Of a stretch of 64,000 nucleotides of DNA, positions 34,479-44,825 are shown piece after piece. Source of the DNA: Bdellovibrionales bacterium. Lineage in GTDB: Bacteria; Bdellovibrionota; Bdellovibrionia; Bdellovibrionales; DASUEL01. The stretch spans positions 64,001 to 128,000 of the forward strand of contig JBFWOZ010000002.1 of assembly GCA_050250255.1 (NCBI GenBank), in the 5' to 3' direction. A program made the translations under genes and the position numbers. Below the pieces are notes generated by a model. The model was not told where the DNA came from, searched no databases, and saw only the letters and a program-made list of their open reading frames with translations. Positions within the stretch are counted from its first letter, which is position 1, and the number at the start of each line of letters is the position of its first letter.

Positions 34479-35298
34479 ACTTTTCGGCAGGCACCTCTCT
34501 TTTTTTATGGGCCTGCTGCTATTTTGCTCTATGAACAGCTCGTGCAGTTGGTTTCAGCGCGAGACGGAGATTGAGTCGGCCCAAAAAGATGTCGAGGCGG
34601 CTCGTTACGACGAGGCAGTTTTTAAACTCGAAAAACTCGTGAAGAGCCATCCCGAATCAAAAGATGCTCTAGATGCCGCCCGCATGGGTACAAAAATCAC
34701 ATTTTTAGAAATAAAGAATTACGAAAAGGCCCTTTTTTTCTATAAACACCTTGTGCTCTACTCCCCGAATGAATCCGAAAGACTAGAATCGCAAAAAAAA
34801 GTCGCGGAAATTTATTTCGAACGCCTTTCTGACCATGGGCAAGCCGTCACAGAGCTCAATAAACTTTTACAGCTAAAACATCATCCGGAAGAAGAGCTGA
34901 GGTTCCGTATGAACTTAGCAAAAGCAAACTTTTACCTCAGTCGCTTTCAACAAGCAGAGGCAGAGGTCGACTTGGTGATGGAAAAAAACATTCCCGCGGA
35001 TATGCTGTTTGATGCCCAGCTATTAAAAGGGAATATTTATTTTTCAACAAAGCAGCTGGAAAAAGCGATTGAGATTTTCAAAAAAATCATGGAAACCTCT
35101 CCCGAAAAAGCCCGCGATGAACATGTCGGCGTAAGCCTTGCGATTTGTTACGAGGAAAAAAATGACTTCGCCTCTGCCCGTGAGGTTTTAAATAAGATTA
35201 AGCCCACCTACCCAAACCCTGAATTTATCGAAACCAAACTCCGTCGTTTGGAGCAGAGACAGAACCAGCTTCCGGGAGCCCGGGGTTTAAAGAGGTAA
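34414..35298 (+). CDS. TPR-repeat protein, probable lipoprotein
   Basis: Repeated TPR helices; hydrophobic stretch followed by SSC; true start probably downstream (about 34507). Confidence 0.8.
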   Translation: MWLLWRIMKTTRQKLQANQPIKLFGRHLSFFMGLLLFCSMNSSCSWFQRETEIESAQKDVEAARYDEAVFKLEKLVKSHPESKDALDAARMGTKITFLEIKNYEKALFFYKHLVLYSPNESERLESQKKVAEIYFERLSDHGQAVTELNKLLQLKHHPEEELRFRMNLAKANFYLSRFQQAEAEVDLVMEKNIPADMLFDAQLLKGNIYFSTKQLEKAIEIFKKIMETSPEKARDEHVGVSLAICYEEKNDFASAREVLNKIKPTYPNPEFIETKLRRLEQRQNQLPGARGLKR

Positions 35299-35301
35299 GC
35301 T

Positions 35302-35523
35302 ATGGGTGAAAACATCAAGTACTTTGCTCTCGTGACCGAATTGGTAGGCCTGATGATTGGGTTTGCCTATTTAGGCGAGTGGCTTGAAAAGAAGTTTGAA
35401 CTGGGGCGTTATGGCATGTTATCAGGAGTCATCTTCGCCATCGTAATTTGGTTCATTCACGCCATTGTCGTGATGAAAAGCCTCGAGAAAAGCTCTGAGG
35501 ATGGGGATAGAAAAGAGAACTAG
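35302..35523 (+). CDS. AtpZ/AtpI-family small membrane protein
   Basis: Two TMs, G...G.WL pattern, upstream of atpB. Confidence 0.75.
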   Translation: MGENIKYFALVTELVGLMIGFAYLGEWLEKKFELGRYGMLSGVIFAIVIWFIHAIVVMKSLEKSSEDGDRKEN

Positions 35524-35947
35524 GTCCGTGTCCACCCAAAGCTTCTTTCGCATCCTATTCGCTTCCTGGTGCCTTTGCCTGCTTATAAGTGTAGGGATTT
35601 ACTTCAGTTTAGGCGCTCTTAAGGGCCAATCCTATTTTTTCGGGTCGATGGTCTCTCTCATTAATACGGCCATCTTTGCTTCGCTTTGGAGAGCACATTT
35701 TGAGAAAAAAGATGTTGCCCAATTTGCGATTGTCATTGTAATTAAGTACGCGATTTTAATGCTGATTATTTATTACACTTTGGTTCTTGGAAACCTCTCG
35801 CTAGAGGCTGCAGGAATTGGACTCGTGTCGACAATGATTGTGATTTCCATTGTGACCGCTAAGAAAATGGCAGCAGAGAACATTAAATTGAGCGACGAAG
35901 AGACCGATAAAAACCCGGAGCAGAACACAGATGGAAGCCCACTTTAG
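35501..35947 (+). CDS. atpI: ATP synthase protein I-like
   Basis: Four TMs, directly before atpB. Confidence 0.75.
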   Translation: MGIEKRTRSVSTQSFFRILFASWCLCLLISVGIYFSLGALKGQSYFFGSMVSLINTAIFASLWRAHFEKKDVAQFAIVIVIKYAILMLIIYYTLVLGNLSLEAAGIGLVSTMIVISIVTAKKMAAENIKLSDEETDKNPEQNTDGSPL

Positions 35948-36626
35948 CTGGCTATATTTTATTCCAGGCGTAAACCACGACAACATTCATGTGGCAACAC
36001 TACTTGTCGCCTCATCGCTTTTGATTCTCTTAGGCGCATATGCACGAGTCACTCTCGGAGCTGGTGAAGTTGCGATTGAACCTGCAAAGGGAATTTCGGT
36101 TCGCGGATTTTTCGAACTCATTTACGATTTGATTATTTACCTCATCGACATGGTGATTGGTCACGACGGTCGAAAGTATGCAACGCTCTTCGCATCCGTT
36201 TTTCTTTTCGTGTTGTTCAATAACTTGATCGGCCTTCTTCCGGGAATGACTGCAGCAACAGATAACTTCAACACGACATTCGCTCTCGGTATTTTTTCTT
36301 TCGTGATGTACAACGCCTACGGAATCAAAGCGAACGGTGTTGTGAACTATGTGAAGCATTTCATGGGCCCCGTTTGGTGGTTGGCCTGGATGATCCTTCC
36401 CATCGAACTTCTTTCTCATGCGATTCGACCAGTCACTCTTGGTCTTCGTATTATGGGTAACATCCAAGCGGATCACGGCGTATTGAGTATTTTCCTCAAT
36501 ATGGCTCCCTATGGAGTTCCCATGATTTTCTACGCGATGGGACTATTTGTTTGTTTTATGCAAGCTTTTATTTTTACGTTGTTGTCCATGGTTTATGTAT
36601 CGATAGCCACGGCCCACGACCACTAA
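35931..36626 (+). CDS. atpB: ATP synthase F0 subunit a
   Basis: NLIGLLPG, RPVTLGLRIMGN, QAFIF. Confidence 0.96.
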   Translation: MEAHFSWLYFIPGVNHDNIHVATLLVASSLLILLGAYARVTLGAGEVAIEPAKGISVRGFFELIYDLIIYLIDMVIGHDGRKYATLFASVFLFVLFNNLIGLLPGMTAATDNFNTTFALGIFSFVMYNAYGIKANGVVNYVKHFMGPVWWLAWMILPIELLSHAIRPVTLGLRIMGNIQADHGVLSIFLNMAPYGVPMIFYAMGLFVCFMQAFIFTLLSMVYVSIATAHDH

Positions 36627-36694
36627 AGAACAAAATTGAAAATCATTTTTTAAAGAACTGAAACTTTAAAAAGAAAACACAAAAGGAGAAAACA

Positions 36695-37009
36695 ATGAAA
36701 AAAATGAATGTAGCTACCGCGTTGGTTGCAACTATGACGGCTCTTCCAGCTTTCGCACAAGAAGCTCACGCTGCTACTGGCGGTGGTGATGGACTCATCG
36801 GTGTTGGCGTTGGTTTGACACTTGGTCTCGCGGCTCTCGGTGGTACTTTCGGTCAAGGTAAAGCAGTTGCTGCGGCAATGGATGGTATCTCAAGAAATCC
36901 ATCAGCTCAGCCAAAGATGTTCATCCCTTTGATTCTCGGTCTTGCCCTTATGGAATCACTCGTGGTTCTTTCTTGGTTGATCGCGGGTCAACTGATCGGA
37001 AAAATGTAA
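36695..37009 (+). CDS. atpE: ATP synthase F0 subunit c with signal-like N-terminus
   Basis: GxGxG, RNP loop, LALME. Confidence 0.96.
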   Translation: MKKMNVATALVATMTALPAFAQEAHAATGGGDGLIGVGVGLTLGLAALGGTFGQGKAVAAAMDGISRNPSAQPKMFIPLILGLALMESLVVLSWLIAGQLIGKM

Positions 37010-37035
37010 TCTGAAAACTCAGATTCATTGAATGT

Positions 37036-37067
37036 AAAAAAGGCGCTCTTTTTGTAGCGCCTTTTTT
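37036..37067. terminator. Bidirectional intrinsic terminator
   Basis: AAAAAAGGCGCT-N8-AGCGCCTTTTTT between convergent genes. Confidence 0.9.
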
Positions 37068-37134
37068 ATTTTGCGACGAGCCGTAAGCACAACGCATCTT
37101 CGCGAGAGGGACTGGGCAATGAGCGGTCTCCGCT

Positions 37135-37854
37135 TTACCGATAGATGTTATGACCTGCCGGGATGGAATCTCCCGAAGAGAGCGTTTTTACCATCTGACC
37201 AGCCTGGTTTTCAAATATGACAGAATGGGCAAAAACAGGCGAATCTTGGCTTGGGCCCACTTGCCATCGATAGGTGAATCGGTAGCTGCGAGGCTCCCGG
37301 CTGATGAGAATAAGATCATGGCCGCGCCCACTGCCGCCCATACGCCCGGAGACTCGAGCTTCTTTAATGCCAGACCAAGCGGAGTACTTTTCGGCAACAA
37401 AAATAGGATTAAATTTCGGATCAAACCAAAGAGTAATAAAAGAAGAAAAATAGATATGAATTTTTTGGGCCAGGATATCTTTGTTCAATTGATCTAACAT
37501 AGGAATTCCGGTGGTCTTTTGAGTGAGATCAATGTCGCCCTTATTGTCTGCAAGGGCCTCTAAGGTTTTAATGACTTCAGGATCATTGAAGTGAACAATA
37601 ATTCTTGAATCACCAAAGGGTCCACCTGCGGCAAAACCAAAAACAGTCGTTCCTCGTTCGGCTAAATACAGATCAAATATTTTTTTAATATCTTCAGCCG
37701 CATTTTTTGCAAGAAGTGCGCTCGTAGGCCGAGTGAGATCTTCCCGGGAGTTGTTATTATATATGGCAACTCGCGAAAGGAAGTTGAAATCGACCTCTAA
37801 GGCAGAAGCTGTAAGAGAGGAAAAGAGCAGAGAGAGGCTTAAAAACAGTTTCAT
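37135..37854 (-). CDS. Secreted hypothetical protein
   Basis: AAGGAG RBS, signal peptide ending ASA, 239 aa. Confidence 0.8.
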   Translation of the reverse strand: MKLFLSLSLLFSSLTASALEVDFNFLSRVAIYNNNSREDLTRPTSALLAKNAAEDIKKIFDLYLAERGTTVFGFAAGGPFGDSRIIVHFNDPEVIKTLEALADNKGDIDLTQKTTGIPMLDQLNKDILAQKIHIYFSSFITLWFDPKFNPIFVAEKYSAWSGIKEARVSGRMGGSGRGHDLILISREPRSYRFTYRWQVGPSQDSPVFAHSVIFENQAGQMVKTLSSGDSIPAGHNIYR

Positions 37855-37955
37855 TGAAAAACTCCTTATTAATAATAACCAGTGCGTAAGTTAGAGGGAA
37901 ACCCGATCGCACTCAACATAAAAATTGTTTATCATGAGCATTGTGCTAAATTCGT

Positions 37956-40508
37956 TTACTGCATTTTAGCGAGGAAGCGGCCAGTGTGGCTCGCTTTGAC
38001 TTTGGCAACTTGCTCGGGAGTTCCGATCGCAACGATGCTTCCGCCGGCGGAGCCGCCCTCGGGACCGAGATCAATCACATGATCGCTTGAAGCGATAACG
38101 TCAAGATGATGTTCGATCACCACAACGGTGTTGCCTTGATCCACCAGCCCATGGAGAAGCTCAATTAACTTTCTAACATCATCAAAGTGAAGGCCAGTTG
38201 TCGGCTCATCCAAAATATAGAGTGAGTTGCTCGAGCTCACTCTCGAAAGTTCACGACTTAGCTTCACGCGTTGGGCTTCGCCTCCAGAAAGCGACGTCGA
38301 ACTTTGGCCGAGCGTAATGTACTCAAGCCCAACTTTGTTGAGCGTTGCGAGTTTTCGATGAATAAATTTATGGTTTTCAAAAAACGGCAATGCCTCTTTC
38401 ACGCTCATGTTGAGAACGTCGGCGATGGACTTTCCCTTGTACTTGATGTTGAGAGTTTCGCGGTTATAACGCTGTCCTTGGCAAACCTCACACAACACAA
38501 AGACGTCTGGAAGAAAATGCATTTCAATTTTGATTTGGCCAGCGCCCATACACTTTTCACAGCGCCCACCCTTGACGTTAAAGCTGAAGCGGCCGGGTTT
38601 GTATCCGCGAATTTTAGAATCGGGATGTTCCGCATAGAGCAGTCGGATGAGAGAAAAGAGTCCCACATAGGTGGCGGGATTTGATCTTGGTGTGCGCCCA
38701 ATGGGTCGTTGATTGATTTCAATCACGCGCTCGAGATAAGGAAGGCCTTCTATCGATTTGTAGGTGGCGGGTTGAATTTTGGGATTATTGAAATGTTTTG
38801 CAACAGCCTTGTAGAGAGTATCAATGATCAGCGTACTCTTACCGCTCCCCGAAACGCCGGTGACCGCGATGAGCGCGTTCAAAGGAATGTCCACGTCGAG
38901 ATTTTTTAAATTATTGCCGGAAGCACCGAGAAGACGAAGGCGGGAACGATCTTTTCCCATGCTGCGTCCCTTTTTTTGGATCACCGTTTCGAGTCCTGAA
39001 AGGTAGCGGGCCGTAAGACTATCTTTATTTTTCAAAACCTCTTCGACCATTCCTTCGGCCATGATGGATCCGCCAAGTATACCCGCGCGCGGTCCAATAT
39101 CGAGAAGATAATCGGCCGCCCGAATAGTGTCCTCGTCATGCTCTACGAGCAAAACGGTATTACCGCGATCACGAAGTGTACGGAGAGTATCGAGGAGACG
39201 ATGGTGATCTCGAGGGTGAAGTCCGATGCTTGGTTCATCTAGCACATAGAGAACGCCGACAAGAGAAGTTCCGATTTGGGTGGCAAGTCTCACGCGCTGA
39301 GCTTCGCCACCTGAGAGTGTATGGATGGAACGATTGAGAGATAAATAACCCACCCCAACCTCATTGAGATAAGAAAGCCTGGAAAAAATTTGTGAAAGAA
39401 TTTTCTCTGAAACGACGGTTTCTCGCTCAGGCCACTTCGTGTTTTTAAGTCCATCTTCCAGATGAGAGATCTGAAGTTCCGACATGTCCATGATGTTTTT
39501 GTTATCGATCAGAACCGAAAGGCTCTCTTTTTTGAGTCGTCGGCCCAGGCACGAGCTACAAACGGTAGCAACCGCTTCATAACCATCACCAGCCTCATCA
39601 TCAGGATCAATCTCTTCGTCCTCGGGATAGAAAAATCCAATTCCATTACATTCGGGACATGCACCACGTGGATTGTTGAAACTAAAAAATCTTGGCTCTA
39701 TTTCTGGAAAGTTAAATCCACACTTTTGGCAGGCGGATTTTAGTGAATAGGTTTTTATCTCTTTACCGAGAATTTCAATGCTGACCAGACCGCTCGCCAA
39801 CTTCACAGCCGCACTCACAGCATCGTTCGTACGTTTGCTAAACTCATCGCGCACAACGAGTCGGTCGATAATGAGGTCAATGTCGTGCGGGATTGTTTTT
39901 TTAAGTTTTCTGGCAGCGGCAAGTTCAATAACCTGGCCATCCACGCGGGCCTTGGTGTAGCCCATCTTGATCCAGCGAGCGAATTCTTGATGAAACTCTC
40001 CCTTTTTCCCACGAGCGACGGGGGCAAGGACAATGAACTTCGTTTCATTTTTGTTTTCAAAGACAAGTTTGCAGATGTTTTCGACACTTTGTTTGGTAAC
40101 GGCAATGTGGCAATTAGGACAATGGGGTACGCCCACGCGAGCAAAAAGTAATCTCAGATAATCGTAAATTTCGGTTACGGTTCCAACGGTAGAGCGTGGA
40201 TTGACCGAAGAAGTCTTTTGTTCGATCGCGATCGCTGGGGAAAGACCTTTTACGTAATCGACTTCCGGTTTTTTGAGTTGTTCTAAAAAGTTTCGAGCAT
40301 AAGCCGAGAGACTCTCGACGTAGCGGCGCTGCCCTTCGGCATAAATGGTGTCAAACGCAAGGCTTGATTTCCCGCTCCCACTCAGACCCGTGACGACCGT
40401 GATTTTGTTACGAGGAATTTGAACGTCGATATTTTTAAGGTTGTGCTCACGCGCGCCCTTAACGGTGACGCCGTCAAAGTTCTCTACGATTTTTTTACCC
40501 TTACTCAT
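37956..40508 (-). CDS. uvrA: Excinuclease ABC subunit A (short form)
   Basis: GLSGSGKSS, two LSGGEAQR signatures, zinc-finger Cys pairs. Confidence 0.97.
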   Translation of the reverse strand: MSKGKKIVENFDGVTVKGAREHNLKNIDVQIPRNKITVVTGLSGSGKSSLAFDTIYAEGQRRYVESLSAYARNFLEQLKKPEVDYVKGLSPAIAIEQKTSSVNPRSTVGTVTEIYDYLRLLFARVGVPHCPNCHIAVTKQSVENICKLVFENKNETKFIVLAPVARGKKGEFHQEFARWIKMGYTKARVDGQVIELAAARKLKKTIPHDIDLIIDRLVVRDEFSKRTNDAVSAAVKLASGLVSIEILGKEIKTYSLKSACQKCGFNFPEIEPRFFSFNNPRGACPECNGIGFFYPEDEEIDPDDEAGDGYEAVATVCSSCLGRRLKKESLSVLIDNKNIMDMSELQISHLEDGLKNTKWPERETVVSEKILSQIFSRLSYLNEVGVGYLSLNRSIHTLSGGEAQRVRLATQIGTSLVGVLYVLDEPSIGLHPRDHHRLLDTLRTLRDRGNTVLLVEHDEDTIRAADYLLDIGPRAGILGGSIMAEGMVEEVLKNKDSLTARYLSGLETVIQKKGRSMGKDRSRLRLLGASGNNLKNLDVDIPLNALIAVTGVSGSGKSTLIIDTLYKAVAKHFNNPKIQPATYKSIEGLPYLERVIEINQRPIGRTPRSNPATYVGLFSLIRLLYAEHPDSKIRGYKPGRFSFNVKGGRCEKCMGAGQIKIEMHFLPDVFVLCEVCQGQRYNRETLNIKYKGKSIADVLNMSVKEALPFFENHKFIHRKLATLNKVGLEYITLGQSSTSLSGGEAQRVKLSRELSRVSSSNSLYILDEPTTGLHFDDVRKLIELLHGLVDQGNTVVVIEHHLDVIASSDHVIDLGPEGGSAGGSIVAIGTPEQVAKVKASHTGRFLAKMQ

Positions 40509-41872
40509 AGTAAATCTTTAATTGCCGACTCGAATTCGCCTTGGATTTCTTTTAATCCTGCTTCTGTGGAGGATTCAAATCGAAGAACCAAAACAGGTTG
40601 TGTGTTGGAAGCTCGAGCAAGGGCCCAGCCATCTTTAAAACTCACACGAACACCATCGGTAAAGTCGGCGCGGTAGCGCTCAGACTTGGGAGTGTATTTT
40701 TTAATGAGAAAATCCACGATGGAGCGTTTTTTCTGTTCGGTCGTATCAATTCGTAGTTCCGGCGTGTTGTAAGCGGTGGGGAGTCCTTCAAGAAGTTCAG
40801 CAATTGTTTTTCCAGTTCGAGAAAGAATTTCCACAACGCGGATTCCGGCGTAAAGAGCATCATCATAACCGTAGTTACGATCGGCAAAGAAAATATGCCC
40901 GCTCATTTCTCCACCGAAAGGAGATTTTTCTTCTTTGATTTTGTCTTTGATTAAGCTATGCCCTGTTTTCCACATAATAGGACGACCGCCTAATTTTTTA
41001 ATATCTGCGTACAGGCGATCAGAGCACTTTACGTCGCCGATGATAGGTTGGCCAGGCTTTGACTTTAAAATATCACGAGAGACAAGCACCATAAGCTCAT
41101 CCCCGTAAATCATGCGTCCTGTATCGTCGACAAGACCAATGCGATCCGCATCTCCGTCAAAACCAATTCCGACAAGTGACTTAGTGGCCTTCACTTCTTT
41201 TACGAGTGCAACCAGGTTCTTTTCAACCGTTGGATCTGGATGGTGATTAGGAAATAGGCCATCTGGTTCTTCAAAAAGAATTTTTGGCTTTAATCCCACC
41301 GCTTCATAAAGTTTGCGAGCGACGCAACCCGCGGCACCGTTTCCGCAATCAAGAACAAATGGAATAGATTTTAATCCCGCAAACTCTTCCTTATAGCGGG
41401 CGACATAATCATCAAGAATGTCGTGCTTTTCCCAAGAGCCTTTTCCAGAGACAAAATCTTCGGAATCAATAATGGTCTGAAGTTTTTTAATTTTCTCTCC
41501 GAAGATGGTTCCTTTGCCGACGGAAATTTTAAAACCATTATACTCTGGAGGATTGTGACTGCCCGTCACCATAATTGCGCCATCAACATCCATGTGGAAT
41601 GTCGAGAAGTAAGAAATCGGCGTGGTGACAAGACCCAGATGATAAACATGGGCACCGCTCTCCATATAGCCTTCAACAATCGCTTGGGCTAAAGAAGGAG
41701 AAGAGAGTCGCGCATCATGTCCTACGGTGAGGCGAAGAGAAGTTTTGCCCGTTTGAGCTTTGATGAAAGACACGTGAGCCTTTGCAAGCTGCTTCGCAAA
41801 GCTCTCGTCAAAGTCGACTTTGTAAACGCCGCGAATATCATATTCTCTATAAATTTCAGGATTCGTTTTCAT
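40505..41872 (-). CDS. Phosphomannomutase/phosphoglucomutase
   Basis: YDIRG, TGSHNP, FDGDADR, GEMSGH, RASNT. Confidence 0.95.
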   Translation of the reverse strand: MKTNPEIYREYDIRGVYKVDFDESFAKQLAKAHVSFIKAQTGKTSLRLTVGHDARLSSPSLAQAIVEGYMESGAHVYHLGLVTTPISYFSTFHMDVDGAIMVTGSHNPPEYNGFKISVGKGTIFGEKIKKLQTIIDSEDFVSGKGSWEKHDILDDYVARYKEEFAGLKSIPFVLDCGNGAAGCVARKLYEAVGLKPKILFEEPDGLFPNHHPDPTVEKNLVALVKEVKATKSLVGIGFDGDADRIGLVDDTGRMIYGDELMVLVSRDILKSKPGQPIIGDVKCSDRLYADIKKLGGRPIMWKTGHSLIKDKIKEEKSPFGGEMSGHIFFADRNYGYDDALYAGIRVVEILSRTGKTIAELLEGLPTAYNTPELRIDTTEQKKRSIVDFLIKKYTPKSERYRADFTDGVRVSFKDGWALARASNTQPVLVLRFESSTEAGLKEIQGEFESAIKDLL

Positions 41873-42860
41873 GCTTCTCCTTAGCCTTTGTTTCGTCGGC
41901 TTTGAGCTTGGCTAAATCAATAGCCCATTTCAATGCTTGTATCATAGATTCGGGGTTGGCGCGATCTTTACCAAAGATGTCCTTTGCGGTGCCGTGATCA
42001 ACGCTGGTTCTCACAAAAGGAAGTCCCATTGTAATATGTACGCCGGCAAGCCCATGAATCATTTTAAAGGGGATTAATCCTTGGTCATGATAGGGACTTA
42101 CGTAAATGGAATATTTTTTCCAGTTTTGTTTTTGAAATGCGACGTCAGGCACCAGAGGGCCGTCCACTGGCAACTTTTCTTTTTTCAGCTTTTCGATGAG
42201 GGGTAAAAAGTATTTCTGTTCTTCGTTTCCGATAAGGCCGCTCTCTCCTGCATGGGGATTCAGCCCCACGAGCGCGATGGGCTTAGAGGCTTGTTTCTTG
42301 GGAAGCCATTGTCTGAGCGTCATTGAGTGACGTATCGCCGCTTCAAGCCGCTCGGAAGAAAGTTGTCCTGCAATCTCCTCGACAGCTAAGTGTCCCGTCG
42401 CAAGGACTACAGAAAACTGATCGCCCACAAAAGACATGTAAAGAGGATTCGACTTCGCAATTCTTTTTAAAATTTCGGTGTGGCCTAAATCTTTTTGTCC
42501 ACCCGCCACGATAGAAGTTTTGGAAAGAGGTGCGGTGGCGATAGCGTCGACATGCCCGTAAAGACCAGCCTTCGCAGATTCTTCGACCCAACTTCCCGGA
42601 GGTCGGTTGGAATTGATATCCACTAAAACCTTTGGAGAATCGAGAGAAACCTTAAGGGCTTCGGGCCAAGTGAGAACAGTTTGTCGTTTGAAATAAGAAT
42701 CAAGTCGGCGTAAATATTTTTTTGATGCTTGCGGCGCGCGCCAGAGAAAAAAATTGGCACCCACCTTGGGGCCAATCTTGATCAATGCCTTGGCCGTGAT
42801 TTCGAGCCCGATACCATCCACATCGCCAGTTGTGATGACAATTTTCAGGGGCTTTTTCAC
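41856..42860 (-). CDS. pdxA: 4-hydroxythreonine-4-phosphate dehydrogenase PdxA family
   Basis: GHTE, LNPHAGE, YHDQG, RTSVDHGTA; GTG start overlaps the surA stop. Confidence 0.93.
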   Translation of the reverse strand: MKKPLKIVITTGDVDGIGLEITAKALIKIGPKVGANFFLWRAPQASKKYLRRLDSYFKRQTVLTWPEALKVSLDSPKVLVDINSNRPPGSWVEESAKAGLYGHVDAIATAPLSKTSIVAGGQKDLGHTEILKRIAKSNPLYMSFVGDQFSVVLATGHLAVEEIAGQLSSERLEAAIRHSMTLRQWLPKKQASKPIALVGLNPHAGESGLIGNEEQKYFLPLIEKLKKEKLPVDGPLVPDVAFQKQNWKKYSIYVSPYHDQGLIPFKMIHGLAGVHITMGLPFVRTSVDHGTAKDIFGKDRANPESMIQALKWAIDLAKLKADETKAKEKHENES

Positions 42861-43837
42861 TTGGAATTCATCGCAATGCCGGGCTCGTTGACTCGAATAA
42901 AAGATTCTCGTCGCTTCTGATCCAGCCAAAAGCTAAATTGTTTTTTGAAAGCCGCTTGATAAAGCACTTGGCGAATGCGCTCTTTCTCACCCTCAAGCTT
43001 TGGATCTGCAATTAAGCGTCGGTCCAAGAGTTTTAAGATATGAATACCGGTCTTGGTATAGACAAGACCCGTCACCTGACCAACCTCGACCTTTGCTGCC
43101 GCGGACTCAAGCTCTTTTAAAAACTCACCTGTTTTAAATGTTCCAAGCAGACCACCGGAAGAAAAATTAGGATCTTCACTGTACTTTGAAGCAAGAGTCT
43201 CAAAAGATTCTCCAGAGCGAATGCGCTCAAGAACCTGTTTCGCTTTTCGCTCCGCATTTTTAAAGGAGCCACCATCATTCATAAAAAGAATGTGCGAAAC
43301 TTTGTATTCGAAGCTGTCCTTTGCCGTCGCCCCCCCACTTCGATGAGTTAAGTAGTAGGCCGAAATTTCCTCATCAGAAATTTTAATTTTTGAAGTCACC
43401 GATTGTTCGATAATGGACTGACGTTCAAGACGTTTTTTTAAAAACTCCTGATATTCAGAAAAACTAGTGCCCTGACTTTTTAGCGCTTCTTTGAGCTGCG
43501 TACGATTAATGCCGTTTCGGCTCGTGATTTTACTGATTTCTTTTTCAACCTGCTCAATCGTGACCGTAAGACCTTTCTTCTTCACTTCCGAATCGATCAC
43601 CTTTTCATCCACCATATGACGAATGAGAGCTTTGCGATCCTTCAAGAGACCTTGGCTGTCTTCGGATAAGAGATCATCGACAATCGCGCCGGTTTTGAGT
43701 CGTTGGGCAAATCGATCAACATCGGTTTTCAAAATAATATCGTCATTCACAATGGCAATGACTCGCTCAACAACATCACCGGCTGTGGCGAAAGAAAAGG
43801 AGAGAAGGAAAAGAGATGTGATGAATGGCTTTATCAT
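42857..43837 (-). CDS. surA: SurA-like parvulin PPIase/chaperone
   Basis: ERVIAIVNDDIIL, SHIL, YSED...GGLLG, GIHIL; upstream of pdxA. Confidence 0.88.
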   Translation of the reverse strand: MIKPFITSLFLLSFSFATAGDVVERVIAIVNDDIILKTDVDRFAQRLKTGAIVDDLLSEDSQGLLKDRKALIRHMVDEKVIDSEVKKKGLTVTIEQVEKEISKITSRNGINRTQLKEALKSQGTSFSEYQEFLKKRLERQSIIEQSVTSKIKISDEEISAYYLTHRSGGATAKDSFEYKVSHILFMNDGGSFKNAERKAKQVLERIRSGESFETLASKYSEDPNFSSGGLLGTFKTGEFLKELESAAAKVEVGQVTGLVYTKTGIHILKLLDRRLIADPKLEGEKERIRQVLYQAAFKKQFSFWLDQKRRESFIRVNEPGIAMNSK

Positions 43838-44823
43838 TTTTGCCCCTCAGTGTGCACGTTTACAGAACGAATCAAAGCGTCGTCCTTCAATACTTTGGCA
43901 CTTTTTGTCTGTTCGCCCAACCATTTTTCAAACATTTCCCGCTCTTTCTGCAGTCGTAAGTTTTTTATAATAGTTGGTCGTGCGCCTGCAAGGGAGAGTT
44001 GCGTGGCGGGCTTTTTTCCAAGCGCTTCAAAAATATGGTAACCATAGGCGCTTTTAATAATATCGCTGCGGGCGCCCACATTCATTTTAAAGGCGTCGTC
44101 GAATACGCCAAGGACGCCTTTTTCCACCCATCCGGTGTCCCCACCCTCTTTTGACTCAGGTGCGATAGAAAATTCGCGAGCCATTTTCTCGAGGCCCCCG
44201 CCTTGACGAATACGAGCCATCACGCGTCGGGCATCGTCTTCTTTTTCGAGAACGACCTGCCGAAGGCGTATGCGTGCCGGTTTTTCAAAGTCCGATTTAT
44301 GGCTGCTGTAGTATTCTTGCACTTCCTGGTCGGTGGGCCCTGCGACAGACTTCGACAATTTTTCGAAGACGAGTCGTTCGTAAAGATTTTGTTTTAAGCC
44401 CTCTTTCCAGCGCTCAAAGGTCATTCCCTCTTGAGAAAAAGCATTTCGAAAGGAAATATCGTCAGGGTAAGAGGAGCGCACGCGATTGATTTCGGCCTGT
44501 AGAGCGCTCTCATCGATGGTAATGCCATTCTTGATGGCCCAGGCTTCAGTGAGGGAAGCGGCAATAAATTCAGAAACGATTTCTTCTTTTACTCGATCCA
44601 AACTCTCTTTTTGTTTTGCATAGAGAGCGTCATACTCTTTAATTCGAGAGACCACTCTTCGTCCAAACTCTTCCGAAGTCAGTTTTTTTTCATTCACAAC
44701 GACAAGTGGTTTTTGGGGAAGCTCTTCACTAGAGCGAGTGCAGCCTATTCCTAAATAGGAAAAAAGAAAAAAGCCCAAGACATGGGCTTGTAAGATCGAA
44801 AGCTTTTTCATAGGAAAATCCAA
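43834..44823 (-). CDS. Parvulin PPIase lipoprotein (PrsA/SurA-like)
   Basis: Lipobox-like GIG-C; GGDTGW, YGYHIF. Confidence 0.87.
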   Translation of the reverse strand: MDFPMKKLSILQAHVLGFFLFSYLGIGCTRSSEELPQKPLVVVNEKKLTSEEFGRRVVSRIKEYDALYAKQKESLDRVKEEIVSEFIAASLTEAWAIKNGITIDESALQAEINRVRSSYPDDISFRNAFSQEGMTFERWKEGLKQNLYERLVFEKLSKSVAGPTDQEVQEYYSSHKSDFEKPARIRLRQVVLEKEDDARRVMARIRQGGGLEKMAREFSIAPESKEGGDTGWVEKGVLGVFDDAFKMNVGARSDIIKSAYGYHIFEALGKKPATQLSLAGARPTIIKNLRLQKEREMFEKWLGEQTKSAKVLKDDALIRSVNVHTEGQK

Positions 44824-44825
44824 AT

